Assembly: GCF_006345805.1 (NCBI RefSeq)
Contig: NC_043000.1
Location: 71,176,001 to 71,240,000 of the forward strand
Source: Octopus sinensis
Taxonomy: Eukaryota
Direction: 5' to 3'
Length of the DNA: 64,000 nt
Shown: positions 1 to 13,025 of the stretch, one piece after another
How positions within the stretch are numbered: the first letter of the stretch is position 1
How the letters are laid out: each line of letters opens with the position of its first letter
The notes under the pieces: model-generated
What the model was told of the DNA's origin: nothing
Database searches by the model: none
The model's input: only the letters and a program-made list of their open reading frames with translations
Position numbers and translations under genes: made by a program

Positions 1-554
1 AGCGACCGAGACCTTTGGAAATATTCTGTACGTGAGAAGACCAGGCAGGACAAGTGAGCCCAGCCCACTTATGAATGCCTTTCCTCCCTTGGACACAAAG
101 ACCTGTTGAGGCAAGCGAAGTCGATATAGAACCTCATCCGACGACAGGCACCCATGCCAACCCCCTTTGCTTGCGAAGACATGTTGGGGCAAGCGAAATC
201 GAAATCGAATTGAACCAGCCAGGATCCCTGGTCTGGTGGTACGTAAAAAGCACCATCCGACTCGTGGCCGATGCCAGCACCGCCTCGTCTGGCTTCCGTG
301 CCGGTGGCACATAAAATACACAAATCCGACTGTGGCCGTTGCCAGCCTCGCCTGGCACCTGTGCAGGTGGCACGTAAAAAGCACCCACTACACTCACGGA
401 GTGGTTGGCGTTAGGAAGGGCATCCAGCTGTAGAAACACTGCCAGATAAGACTGGAGCCTGGTGCAGCCTTCTGGCTTCCCAGATCCCCGGTCGAACCGT
501 CCAACCCATGCTAGCATGGAGAACGGACGTTACACGATGATGATGATGATGATG
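1..554 (+). mobile_element. 3' end of RTE-clade LINE (ORF C-terminus, 3' UTR, (GAT)n tail)
   Basis: 1-57 reads SDRDLWKYSVREKTRQDK*, matching the ORF end of the copy at 15394-15855 (TRDRDLWKYAVREKTRQD). The 3' UTR has ~64-bp subrepeats, then GGAGTGGTTGGCGTTAGGAAGGGCATCCAGC...GCTAGCATGG and (GAT)n. Confidence 0.9.
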
Positions 555-556
555 TA

Positions 557-1179
557 CGCTTGTGTGTTTATGTATATGTAGGTATGTAGAGTTATGTGTA
601 TGTTTATATGTATGTATCCGTCTGTATAATGGGTAACTGCATGTATATATATTTATTATTTATTATTTATTATTTGAGTATGCATGTATGTATATATGTA
701 TATGTTTGTATGCATGTATGTATTTATGTATATATGGATGCGCACGTGTGTGTGTATGTGTATGCATATGTATAAACATATGTATACATTTATGCATGTA
801 TGTACTTATTGTATATATAGATGCGCGTGTGTGTGTGTATGTGTATGCATGTGTGTATGTATATGTATGTGTATATATGTATATATATACATGTGTGTAT
901 ATATGTGTATGTGTATGTATGGGTATATATGTGTATATGCATGTATGTATGTGTATGTGTGTACATGTATGGACTTGTTGGGTTTCTTTTTTATATATGT
1001 AGATAGATGTGTGTGCGTGTGTATTAGTATGTGCATGTGTATATATATGTGTATGTATATGTATAGATATATGGATGTATGGGTATGTAGGTATGTATAT
1101 GACTGGTGTAAGTATATATGTGTGTATGTATATGTAGGTATACGCGTATGTGTATGTAGGTAATATATATATATATATG

Positions 1180-1212
<33 letters not shown>
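557..1212. repeat. Compound (AT)/(GT)/(ATGT)n microsatellite
   Basis: Directly visible low-complexity dinucleotide array. Confidence 0.95.
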
Positions 1213-1600
1213 ATCAACACTTACCATCCTCTACATTGGATTTTCTTTATCTCTTGGATACTTAAATTGGCTGCCACCTCTCTTTTACGGATCAAAGTGA
1301 CTTTGTTATTGATGTGAATCCTTAAAAAATATACCAAACGTCTACACATTTCTAACCTTGAACTTGTTCGCATAAACTGTCCCGTTGTTTGTATTTTTTA
1401 TTCTCTCATATATTACCACTTTTTTTACATTCATTCATGCTTTCCACAGTTTCCTGCATTTTTGTTCGCCTTCGTCTTTCTTCCCTCTCTGGATGTCCAT
1501 ACTCTGTTTCCTCTGCCTGCACCCCCTTTTTTTTGCCTCCCCCTCTCTCTGCTTCCCTTCTTTCTTTTCCGCCTTTATTTTCTGCCCCTATCGCTTTCCT

Positions 1601-1896
1601 ATCTAGTTTTTCATACGATTATTTTTTTTGTTTTTTTTCGAACGTTTGTTTTTCCCCTTTTTTTCGCTATCCTTTTTTATCTAGTTTTTTCATACGATTA
1701 TTTTTTTGTTTTTTTTCGAACGTTTGTTTTTCCCCTTTTTTTCGCTATCCTTTTTTATCTAGTTTTTTCATACGATTATTTTTTTGTTTTTTTTCGAACG
1801 TTTGTTTTTCCCCTTTTTTTTCGCTATCCTTTTTTATCTATTTTTTTCATACGATAATTTTTGTTTTTCGAACGTTTGTTTTTTTTCCGCTATCCC
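1601..1896 (+). repeat. ~78-bp tandem repeat, about 3.8 copies, upstream of the PLE ORF
   Basis: Unit ATCTAGTTTTTCATACGATTATT...TTCGAACGTTTG...TTCGCTATCC starts at 1601, 1679, 1757 and 1836. Confidence 0.9.
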
Positions 1897-1899
1897 ATC

Positions 1900-3895
1900 A
1901 TGCCGGATCAAGTCCTACCTCCTCACCATCCAGGATCGTTTGAAGGATCATCTCCGTCCTCTCTCCGTAAACTGCCTTCAGCCGTCCGTTAATCTCTCTC
2001 TACTTCTTTTTAAAAACCCCGCTTCTCTAGCCATATCTCTTTCCTAAGCCGCTGCTACATCACCAACTCATCCCTAAAGGTTTCCGCCTCCACTTCCACC
2101 CTGCTCTCACTCGGATTCTCCATCTTACCCATACTCCGCACCACATCTTACCACCTTATGCGGGCCACCATTCGCTCCAATCTCTCTAAACTACATACCA
2201 TCACCGCCTTCTTCCTCCTGCTTTTCCACACATTCTCTCTCTCTGCCGCCTCTCTATGCTCCAAACACGCTACGCTTCATTATCCATTTGAATCACCTCT
2301 TCCATCAATTTCTTTCCGACACCAAACTTCGTAAACTCCAATCACTCCTCCCGACGCCACTACCCCAACTCCTCCACTACCCTTCTCCCCTCCCGATAGG
2401 CTCCATCCACCCACACCTAACCCCACTTCCCCTCCCTACAACCCCTTCTCCCCTCCTGATAGGCTCCATCCACCTACCCTACTGCCCCCCCACCCCCCCA
2501 ATCCCTCCCCCTCAGACCTCCACGAGACCTACCACCCCTCCTACTTCTATTCCACCCACCCCTTCTCCACTTCCGTCTGTTGTTACCATTCGCCCCGATC
2601 TTCCCCTCTCTGCGGCTGAATGCTCCGTCCTTAGTAGGGGTCTGCGTTTCATCCCCCTCACTCCATCCTGTAAAGAATTCCAGACGCGAGTTGATGTCCA
2701 CAGCTTTGTGCGCCGCGTCCGGTTGGGTGCGCATTACCATGACTCACCACCCACACCCAACGAAGAGGACTGCTTCACTGGCCTGGGCCGCCGACCATCC
2801 CCGTGGACGCCTGCCCCTGGCCAGTTCCTAGCAGTGGATCTTTTCGCGGGCGCCGTGCAGCGTGCATTGGGCGGTTTCAACTTCTCCAGCGCAGGCCACG
2901 CCGCCTCAACATCTCCCCCCGCTGAGCTCTTGGCTCTTTCGTTCCCTCCAACGGCGCGCTGACATTATCATCAAACCGGCTGACAAGGGTGGAGCTGTAG
3001 TGGTGTGGCGCGCGGACCTCTATAGGGCCAAGGCTTTCCGCCAACTCAATGACACCTCCTTCTATACTCCCTCTGCCCTCTAACCCCACACGTAGCTACC
3101 AACAGACGGTATCCTCTACTGTCCGCGACCTCATTCTCGTCCCTCCCGTCTCCCCCACACCGCATCCAACCTAATTGTGCGAACCCACGTACCCCCACCA
3201 TTTACTTCCTCCCCAAATCCACAAAACCCAACAACCCTGGCCGCCCCATCGTCTCCGCCTGTAACTGCCCCACGGAGCTCATCTCTAAATACCTCGACCG
3301 TGTCCTTGCCCCCCTAGTGGCATCTCTTCCCTCCCACATCCACGATACCAACCATGCTCTCCGGCTTTTCAACTCTTTCTCCTTTCCTCCCGGCTCCTCC
3401 AAAATCCTTTTTACTATGGACATCCAAAGCCTCTATACTGTTATCCCTCACCACGAAGGACTGCAGGCCCTTCAACACTTTCTTGACCTCCGCTCCAACC
3501 CTGAACCTGACACCTCCACACTCATTCGTCTGGCCGAACTTGTCCTTACTCTGAACTGCTTCTCGTTCACGGGCGAGTTCTACCATCAGGTCTCGGGAGT
3601 GGCCATGGGAACGCGAATGGGCCCCAACTATGCGAACCTGTTCGTTGGCTATGTTGAGGCCCAAATATTCTCTAATTTCACTGGTCCCACTCCTGAACTA
3701 TATGGTCGTTACATTGACGACATTATCGGTGCCACCTCCACTCTCCCGTGACATCTAGATTCCTTCCTCTCTTCGTCCAATCTTTCCTCATCCAGCCCTC
3801 CACTTCACTTCCACTATCTCCAACACCTCTGTCTCCTTCCTCGACATTTCGTTAGCATTCTTCACTCCACTCTTACCACCTCCTTCCACACTACA
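1900..3895 (+). pseudogene. Penelope/Poseidon-like retroelement, N-terminal domain plus RT, frameshifted, 3'-truncated (no GIY-YIG seen)
   Basis: Motifs across frames: SHISFLSRC/LIPKGFRLHFH, VLSRGLRFIP, DIIIKPADKGGAVVVW, GRPIVSACNCPTELISKYLD, TMDIQSLYTVIPH, GVAMGTRMGPNYANLFVG, YGRYIDDII. These are characteristic PLE RT motifs. Confidence 0.88.
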
Positions 3896-4095
3896 AACTG
3901 TCCTCTTTCACGCCATTTCAGCTCCATTTCTTCCTACACTAAATATATAAAACTTCAAATTTCCGCACTAAGGCACGGATTTTAGGCCCCATGGTCGTAA
4001 CCTCAACCGTGCCTTTTCTGTTGTGATTTTTGCTACCCAGGTATCTGTAGGTTACATTGAATTATCCGTAATAAGATAATTCATTTATCTACTTC

Positions 4096-4099
4096 AATA

Positions 4100-4159
<60 letters not shown>

Positions 4160-4164
4160 ATATA

Positions 4165-4246
<82 letters not shown>

Positions 4247-4258
4247 TACTATATATAT

Positions 4259-4305
<47 letters not shown>
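4096..4305. repeat. (AT)n microsatellite
   Basis: Directly visible. Confidence 0.95.
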
Positions 4306-4308
<3 letters not shown>

Positions 4309-7224
4309 CACACCTGAAACCGGACATAGCGGATGCGGAATTACACATACCACAGTATGTTGTACTACAGACCGACAGAAAAGAAAGGAGTCATGGAGGA
4401 GTTGCTATGTACATCCGTGAGGACCTCACACCCCAGGTCCTTTTCTCATACTCAAACTCGGTGTGTGACACACTAATTGTACATGTAAGGCAACTTGGTG
4501 TAGTTGTGTGTGCTACATATCGCCCTCCAGATGCCCCAAGCCATATGGGCAAGTTTGAAGACTGCCTTATAAAAATAGAAGAAGTTCTAGTCACACTAGA
4601 ACAACACATAAGTGTACTTCTCATGGGAGACTTCAATGTACCGAATGTCAGATGGCCCGAGGGCCTTTCTCTCCCAGGAATGACACGATGTGAACGAGGA
4701 CAGGCGAGGTCCCTCCTGAACCTCATCAACACCCTGTACATGGAGCAAGTAATACTCCAACCAACCAGGGCAGGTAACACACTGGATCTCTGCTTCACAA
4801 ATAATATGGCTCTCATCCATAATGTGAAAGTGACAACGACACTACTCTCGGATCACAACATGGTAGAGCTGACCATGTACTGGCCAAAGGAAAGCATGGA
4901 CATGCAGCCTACAAGAAACTCTCAGAATCTTTCCAGCTTGAACTTCAATAAGGCAAACTGGAAACAAATTGAGAAAGATCCTCAAACAAAACTGGCCTGA
5001 ATGTCTCTCCTCGCCAGACATCGACATGAGACTTCAACAATTCATGTCTGTAATGCAAGCCATATGCTACAAATGTGTCCCAGAGAAAAGGCCACTGTAC
5101 ACAAGAACAAAATCCCCAGAGAGAGGAAAATTCTAATGAGACGGCGTACAAAAATCTCAAATCGCCTAAACAAACAAATTGAAAGCAGTGAAAAGTCCTG
5201 CCTGAAAATGAAACTGTTGGAAATTGAAAAATGTCTGCAACTCTCCCATGAAAAGGAAAGAGCAGACAAATAAGCCTGGGCTATAGACAACATAAAATCT
5301 AACCCCAGAGCTTTCTACAGGTATGCCAAAGAAACAGCTACAGTGCACTGTAGGATAGGGCCACTCCTTGAAAAGGATGGCACACTCACAGGAAATCCAA
5401 TGAGGGTAAGTGAAATACTAAATGAGCAATTCAAGAGTGTTTTCACCCCACCCCTTGGGCATTTCCAAATCAGCAATCCAACTGACTTCTTCACCACTGC
5501 AGATATGGGGACAGAGGCGGCGATGATTGATTACATCAATATAAAGGAAGACGATGTAATAAAGGCTATAGATGAGATGAAAACAAACTCAGCTACTGGC
5601 CCTGATGGATTCCCGGCAATCCTTCTAAAAGTATGTAAGAGAGTCCTAGCAAGACCACTGCAGTCTCTCTTTCAGAGCTTCCTTGCAACTGGCAAACTTC
5701 CAAGAAAACTGACGGAAGGTAAAATATGCCCTATTCATAAAGGAGGTAGCAGAGCGGAGGCCAAGAACTACAGACCTATCTCTCTGACCTCACACATCAG
5801 CAAGGTGTTGGAATGAATAGTCAGAAGGAAACTAATCACCTTCCTTGAAGAAAATGACTTGCTGCCTGACACCCAACGGGTTTCCGACCAGGAAGAAGCT
5901 GCTTACTCAGCTCCTACAACACTATGACTGGGTGCTGAAACGACTGCTCAACCACTCAAATGTGGAAGTGATATATCGACTTTGCAAAGGCCTTTGATAA
6001 AGTCGATCATGGAATGATATGTCACAAACTGCGTGATCTTAGCATAGTTGGAAAACTGGGAGAATGGCTTCATGACTTTCTGAAAGATAAAAGTCAGGTG
6101 GTAGGGCCACTTCCATTAACACGCAAATAGTGAGCGGTGTTCCGCAGGGCACTGTTTTGGGACCACTACTGTTCATAATGGCCCTCTCAGACATGCCCTC
6201 AGCCATGCAGAGAGCCACGATCACAAGTTATGCAGATGATACAAAAGTTTCACAGGCAATACAGAACCCTGAGGACACTAAACGCCTGCAAAGTGAGCTG
6301 GACAAAATATACAAGTGGGCTGAAAAGAATAGCATGCAGTTCAATGCTGAAAAGTTTCAAGCTTTATACTATCAGCATGCAAAACTAAATGCAATACCCA
6401 ATGAATACATGGACCCGGAGGGATTGCAATCCCAGAGGCACAATCAGTGCGTGACCTGGGTATTCACAGAGTGATGACGCAACCTTCGTGTACATGTTGC
6501 TAATTGGCAATGAAATGTAGACGACTGGCCGGATGGATTCTCAGAACCTTTAGAACAAGAGAACAAGAAACCATGATGGTCCTCTGGAAGACACTTGTCA
6601 TAAGCCACTTTGACTATTGCTCTCAGCTATGGTCACCATCCAGTGTTCAGTTGATCACAGAACTTGAGGCGATCCAATGTAGCTACACGAAGAAGATAGC
6701 CTCTGTGCAGAATATAAGCTACTGGGAAGACTCAAGAGATTAAAACTCTATTACTTGGGGCGTAGGCGAGAAGATATGCCATAATACATCTGGAAGATCC
6801 TGGAGGGACTTGTCCCAACTTTGGCATTGAGAGTTACACAAATGCCAGAACTGGGCGCACTGCGTGGTGCCTAGGACTCCAAATTTGCCATCAAGATATA
6901 GGACAAGATACTGTGATAGCCTGGGCTTCCGAGGCCCACAGCTCTTCAATATCCTCCCGAAGAACCTAAGAGACCTGCATGGGGTGGATGCAGATGTCTT
7001 TAAAATGAAACTGGATCTCTTTTTGTCAGGTATCCCAGATGAACCAACTTCACGGCAGGAGGGGCAGATGAGGGCAGCTGCATCGAACTCTCTCATACAC
7101 CAAATGGCAATTGCTAAAAAGCATTCGTGAAGTAAAACCATGTAGCAACACCAAATGGCGGTGCCCCAGCATGGCCACAGCTCGTGAGGTGAAACTAGAA
7201 TCACTCAATCAATCAATCAATCAA
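4306..7224 (+). mobile_element. CR1/L2-group LINE, 5'-truncated ORF2 (APE + RT) with stops and frameshifts, (TCAA)n tail
   Basis: APE motifs [36 protein letters not shown] motifs GPDGFP, NYRPISLTS, SGVPQGTVLGPLLF, YADDT. 3' end GGTGCCCCAGCATGGCCACAGCTCGTGAGGTGAAAC plus (TCAA)n. Exact clade not resolvable by eye. Confidence 0.9.
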
Positions 7225-7825
7225 TATATATATATGTATATATATATGTATATATATATACATATATATATATGTACATATATACATATATATATATACA
7301 GATATATATATATACATATATACATATATAATATATATACATACACATATACATATATATATATAATATATACATATATATATATACATATATACATATA
7401 TATATACATATATACATATATTATATACATATATATGTTATATATATATATATATATATATGTGTATATATATTTATGTATATATATATATGTATATATA
7501 TATTTATATATATATGTATATATGTATATATGTATATGTATATATATGTATATATATGTATATATAATATATATATATATAATATATATATATATGTATA
7601 TGTATATATATATGTATATATATGTAATATATATATGTATATATATGTATATATATATGTATATATATGGATATATATATGTATATATATATATATATGT
7701 AATATATATATGTTATATATATATATATGTATATAATATGTTAATATGTATATATATGTATATATATATATGTATATATATTATATATGTATATATGAGC
7801 TGAAACTAGAATCAATCAATCAATC

Positions 7826-7867
<42 letters not shown>

Positions 7868-8423
7868 ATATATAATTATATATATATATATACATATATA
7901 TACATATACATATATATACATACATATATATATACATACATATATATATAATATAATATATACATATATATATAGATATATATATATATATACATACATA
8001 CAATATATATATAATATATACATCATTATTGATTTATATATACATACATATATATATATTATATATACATACATATATTATATATATTATATAGATAAAT
8101 ACATATATAATATATACATACATATATAATATATATATAATATACATACATATATATCCATACATATATATATATACATACATATATATAATATATATAT
8201 TTACATACATATATACATCTATATATACATACATATATATATATACATATATATATACATATTCTACATATACATACATATATATATATACATATATATA
8301 TATACATATACATATATATACATATATATACATATATATACATACATATATATACATATACATATATATTACATATATATACTATATATATATACATATA
8401 ATTACATATATATATATATATAG

Positions 8424-8457
<34 letters not shown>

Positions 8458-8711
8458 TATTAACATATACATATATATATATACATATATATATATATAC
8501 ATAATATATACATATACTATATATATATACATATATATATATACATATTATATATTCATATATATATATATACACATATATATACATATACACATATACA
8601 TATATATACACATATATAGATAATCACTATATATATACATATAATATATACATATATATATACATATACATATATACATATATATACACATATATATATA
8701 TATATACGCAC

Positions 8712-8750
<39 letters not shown>

Positions 8751-9018
8751 CGCAACATATATATTAACATATATATATATATATACCCATATATATATAT
8801 ACATATAATTATATGCATATATATACACATATCTATATACACACATATATATATGCATAATATACACATATATACATATACACACATATATATATACATA
8901 TATATACATATATATATGTATATATATATAATGTATATATATATATGTATATATATGTTTTATATATGTTAATATATATATATATAGTATATATGAGCTG
9001 AAACTAGAATCAATCAAT

Positions 9019-9086
<68 letters not shown>

Positions 9087-9125
9087 CATATATATATACA
9101 TACAGATATATCTACTACATAATAT

Positions 9126-9183
<58 letters not shown>

Positions 9184-9184
9184 C
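7225..9184. repeat. ~2-kb interrupted (AT)n/(ATAC)n array containing two 30-nt LINE 3' tails
   Basis: Directly visible; TGAGCTGAAACTAGAATCAATCAATC at about 7796 and 8994. Confidence 0.93.
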
Positions 9185-9240
9185 ACATCATCAACATCAT
9201 TGTTCGACGTGGTCGAGACTAAATTCCATAGTCTTTTGAA
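9185..9240 (-). mobile_element. Short 3'-terminal fragment of the RTEX-like LINE family
   Basis: Reverse complement ends TCTCGACCACGTCGAACAATGATG, like the 3' end of the copy at 29934-31916 (TCTCGATCACGGTCGAACAATGATG). Confidence 0.6.
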
Positions 9241-11371
9241 ATGGCTAATAATGTGTGCGCGCGCCACTACTACACACAATATATACATACATACATATAT
9301 AATATATTTACATACATATATATATATATACATACATATATACCATATATATATATATATACGCACATATATATATACCTATATATATATATATATATAT
9401 ATATACGCACATATAGCGAAGACGACTGAAAATTTTTGTCAGCTTTCTCTACGACGGTGTCCTTACCTTAACGAACATCTGTACAGGATGTCGAACGAAT
9501 ATCTATCTCTTAAAAGTCGATAAATTCAGAAACACTGCCGAGAGTTTGCTGCCAGTCTAAACGAACACAAGCAAATGACCAGCTCCCCGTCAACATTGAC
9601 GCCCCGTCCCGAGATTCTCTTCCAAGTCACAGAGCATCGTCAAACATGGTGTTGACATTGAGCGACGATTCCATCCAATCCTGCTGATGTAACTTTTGAC
9701 AACCAAGAACAGAACGTTGGATTGTCACATTCTCACCTGGAGATGTTCATAATTCGCTGCTCGACGAGAGGCTTCAGTCTCTTAACGAGCAGCATAATTA
9801 TTTAACTTCTTACTCTCACCAAAATCAGTTTCCTTCCACTTCCCAAGCCTCTTCCATGTCACTACAAGGTAGCAGTTCGGTCAGTGGCATTCCTTCTGAA
9901 TGCGGCATCAAGCTGAACCAATTGAGATCTTAGACGATGATGTCACAGCTACAATCTCTCGCAAGAGGACATCAAACAATGCAAAAACCTAATATCATCA
10001 ATCAGAGTGGCAAGGTTACACGGATGACAGTTCCAACTCGGAACCCATAGACGATCATCTCAAGGGCACATTTCAAGTAAGGTTACAAGAACTTATATGA
10101 CACCCAGTAAATGTGAATCAGGCATAGAGTTGACCCAATGGAAGATTTCTACTTGTGCCACCACAGGGGCTTCGCCCTATCCATCAGTTTAGTAGCTTCT
10201 TCTGGAGAGACGTTCCCCCTTTATACCTTATCGTCCAACCAATCCTGACACTGCCTGAAATTTGTCAAACAAGTTCAGAAATATATTTTTTTACTTCTGC
10301 CAATCTATAGATTATGTAATATTTCTTGGGATCTTTGTAATGTCCACAAAATGTGATTTAGCAGTTAAAAGATTGGTGTCCGAGTGTGCGTGTGCATGCG
10401 TGCGTGCGTGGAATGGGTGAAAAAATAGGCGTTTGTGAAAGGAAGGAGAAAGTCTTAACATCAGTACCAGCTTAGTATCTCCAAAGATGTTTCGTGCTGC
10501 CAGTCTACAAAAGTGTTAAAACTTAATTGTTGCCTTAGATTTTATTAAAGAAAATATCCATTGCCTGGCCAGACCCTGCGTCAGTACACATGTCTCTGTG
10601 CATGTTATTCACTGTGTATGAAGACATCTACAGGCTCGTTTTTTTACGCTGACTGAATGCAGAATGGTTTTCCCCCCCACCACCCGATTTTTACTATTTT
10701 CATCTGTTCCGTAGGATTTGTTCATAATACATCTTAAAAATATATCATCTTGAAAGCATATGTAGTCTTTTTGGTGTGTTACTGAAAAAAAAACAAAATA
10801 TCTATTTTATTTAATAAGTACATCAGCAATACTACAATAACCAGTGTACTTAACAGCAATATTATATGTCCGTATATAATGGCTGATTTTGTTGTTATAT
10901 ATTTTTCTTCAATTTCAATCCAGTAGTGACTTCAAAGAGAGATTTCTTTTATTCCCACCAAGTTATCTTAGAAGTAAACTTTTGTTGTTGGCAGCTCTGA
11001 ATATCTCCACCCATCCCATGTATGTATATTGTCAGGGCTCTGAAAAACTTTCCATTGCAAACCCAAACACTTCTACAAATATATATATATATATGTATAT
11101 GTGTGTATATATATATGTATGTATATATATATGTATGTATATATATATGTATGTATATGTGTATATGTATGTATATATATGTATGTATGTATGTATATAT
11201 ATGTATGTATGTATATATATATATGTATGTATATATATATATGTATGTATATATATGTATATGTGTATGTATATATATATATATATATGTATGTATATAT
11301 ATATATGTGTGTATGTATATATATATATATGTGTATATATACATACATATGTGTGTGTGTATATATATATG

Positions 11372-11399
<28 letters not shown>

Positions 11400-11404
<5 letters not shown>

Positions 11405-11565
11405 TACACTCTCAGAGTGGTTGGCGTTAGGAAGGGCATCCAGCTGTAGAAACTCTGCCAGATCAAGATTGAAGCCAGGTGCAGCCATCTGGTTCGCCAG
11501 CCCTCAGTCATATGTCCAACCGATGCTAGCATGGAAAGCGGACGTTAAACGATGATGATGATGAT
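11400..11565 (+). mobile_element. RTE 3'-tail fragment with (GAT)n
   Basis: CACTACACTCTCAGAGTGGTTGGCGTTAGGAAGGGCATCC...GGACGTTAAACGATGATG, same as 390-554. Confidence 0.88.
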
Positions 11566-11648
11566 ATATATATACATACATATATATATATATATATATA
11601 CATACATATATATATATACATACATATATATATATACATACATACATA

Positions 11649-11703
<55 letters not shown>

Positions 11704-11834
11704 ATATACATACATATATACATATATATATACATACATATATATATATACATATATATATATACATATACATACATATACATACATATACATACATATA
11801 TATATATACATATACATATATATATATACATATA

Positions 11835-12006
11835 TAAAAGCACCCACTACACTCACGGAGTGGTTGGCGTTAGGAAGGGCACCCAGCCGTAGAAACACTG
11901 CCAGATTTGACTGGGCCTGATGAAGCCTTCTGGCTTCACAGACCCCAGTAGAACCGTCCAACCATGCTAGCATGGAAAACGGACGCTAAATGATGATGAT
12001 GATGAT
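11835..12006 (+). mobile_element. RTE 3'-tail fragment with (GAT)n
   Basis: AAAAGCACCCACTACACTCACGGAGTGGTTGGCG...GGACGCTAAATGATGATG. Confidence 0.88.
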
Positions 12007-12021
12007 ACATAATATATATAC

Positions 12022-12053
<32 letters not shown>

Positions 12054-12140
12054 TATATTATATATATATATATATACATTACATATACATAACATATATA
12101 ATATATATATATATATACATTACATATATTATATATATAC

Positions 12141-12173
<33 letters not shown>

Positions 12174-12639
12174 CATATATATATACATATACATATACAT
12201 ATATATATATACATACATATACATATATATATATAATATATATATAGATATACATATATATATATATATGCATATATATACACACATATATATATATACA
12301 CACATATATATATATATATATATACATATATATATACATATATATATACCATATATATACATATATATACATATATATACATATATATACACATATATAT
12401 ACATATATATATACATATATATATATACATATATATACATATATACATATATATACATATATATTATATATATTATATATATTATGTGAAATAGAAGATG
12501 AATAATCTTGTAGTAGATTAATCAAAAGTTTAACCGATACCTTAGTAGCAAAAATCACAGCAGTAAACGATTTCTGTTCAATCTGCGTTCAGCTCCATTT
12601 CTTCAATTCACCTATATATATATTATATTATATATATAT

Positions 12640-12683
<44 letters not shown>

Positions 12684-13025
12684 TATATTACCATATATAT
12701 ATATATACATATATACATATACATATATATATTATATATATATATTATATACATATATATATATACATATATATATATACTATATACATATACATATATA
12801 TATATTATATATATATATATATATATACATATATACATATACATATATACATATACATATATACATATACATATATATACATATATATATATATACATAC
12901 AATACATATATATACATATACATATATATACACACATTTATACACATATATATATATACACACATATATATACACACATATATATATATATACACACATA
13001 TATATATATATATACATATATATAT

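Larger units (their letters stand above)
11078..13025. repeat. Cluster of (AT)n/(ATAC)n arrays interleaved with short retroelement pieces
   Basis: Arrays at about 11078-11399, 11566-11834, 12007-12485 and 12613-13025. Confidence 0.93.

Noticed and set aside
1303-1347. Possible HHR remnant TTGATGT...AAACGTC
   Set aside because: Three core changes and no convincing stems I/II.
3970-4015. 9-bp hairpin AAGGCACGG/CCGTGCCTT as a ribozyme
   Set aside because: The stem is real but the enclosed sequence does not fit the HHR core on either strand.
10530-10660. Possible host exon (DFIKENIHCLARPC...)
   Set aside because: Short, ends in a stop, no convincing donor site or recognisable homology.
11915-11935. 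CTGATGAAG in an RTE tail
   Set aside because: Point variant of CTGGTGCAG seen in the other tails; no GAAA or stems.
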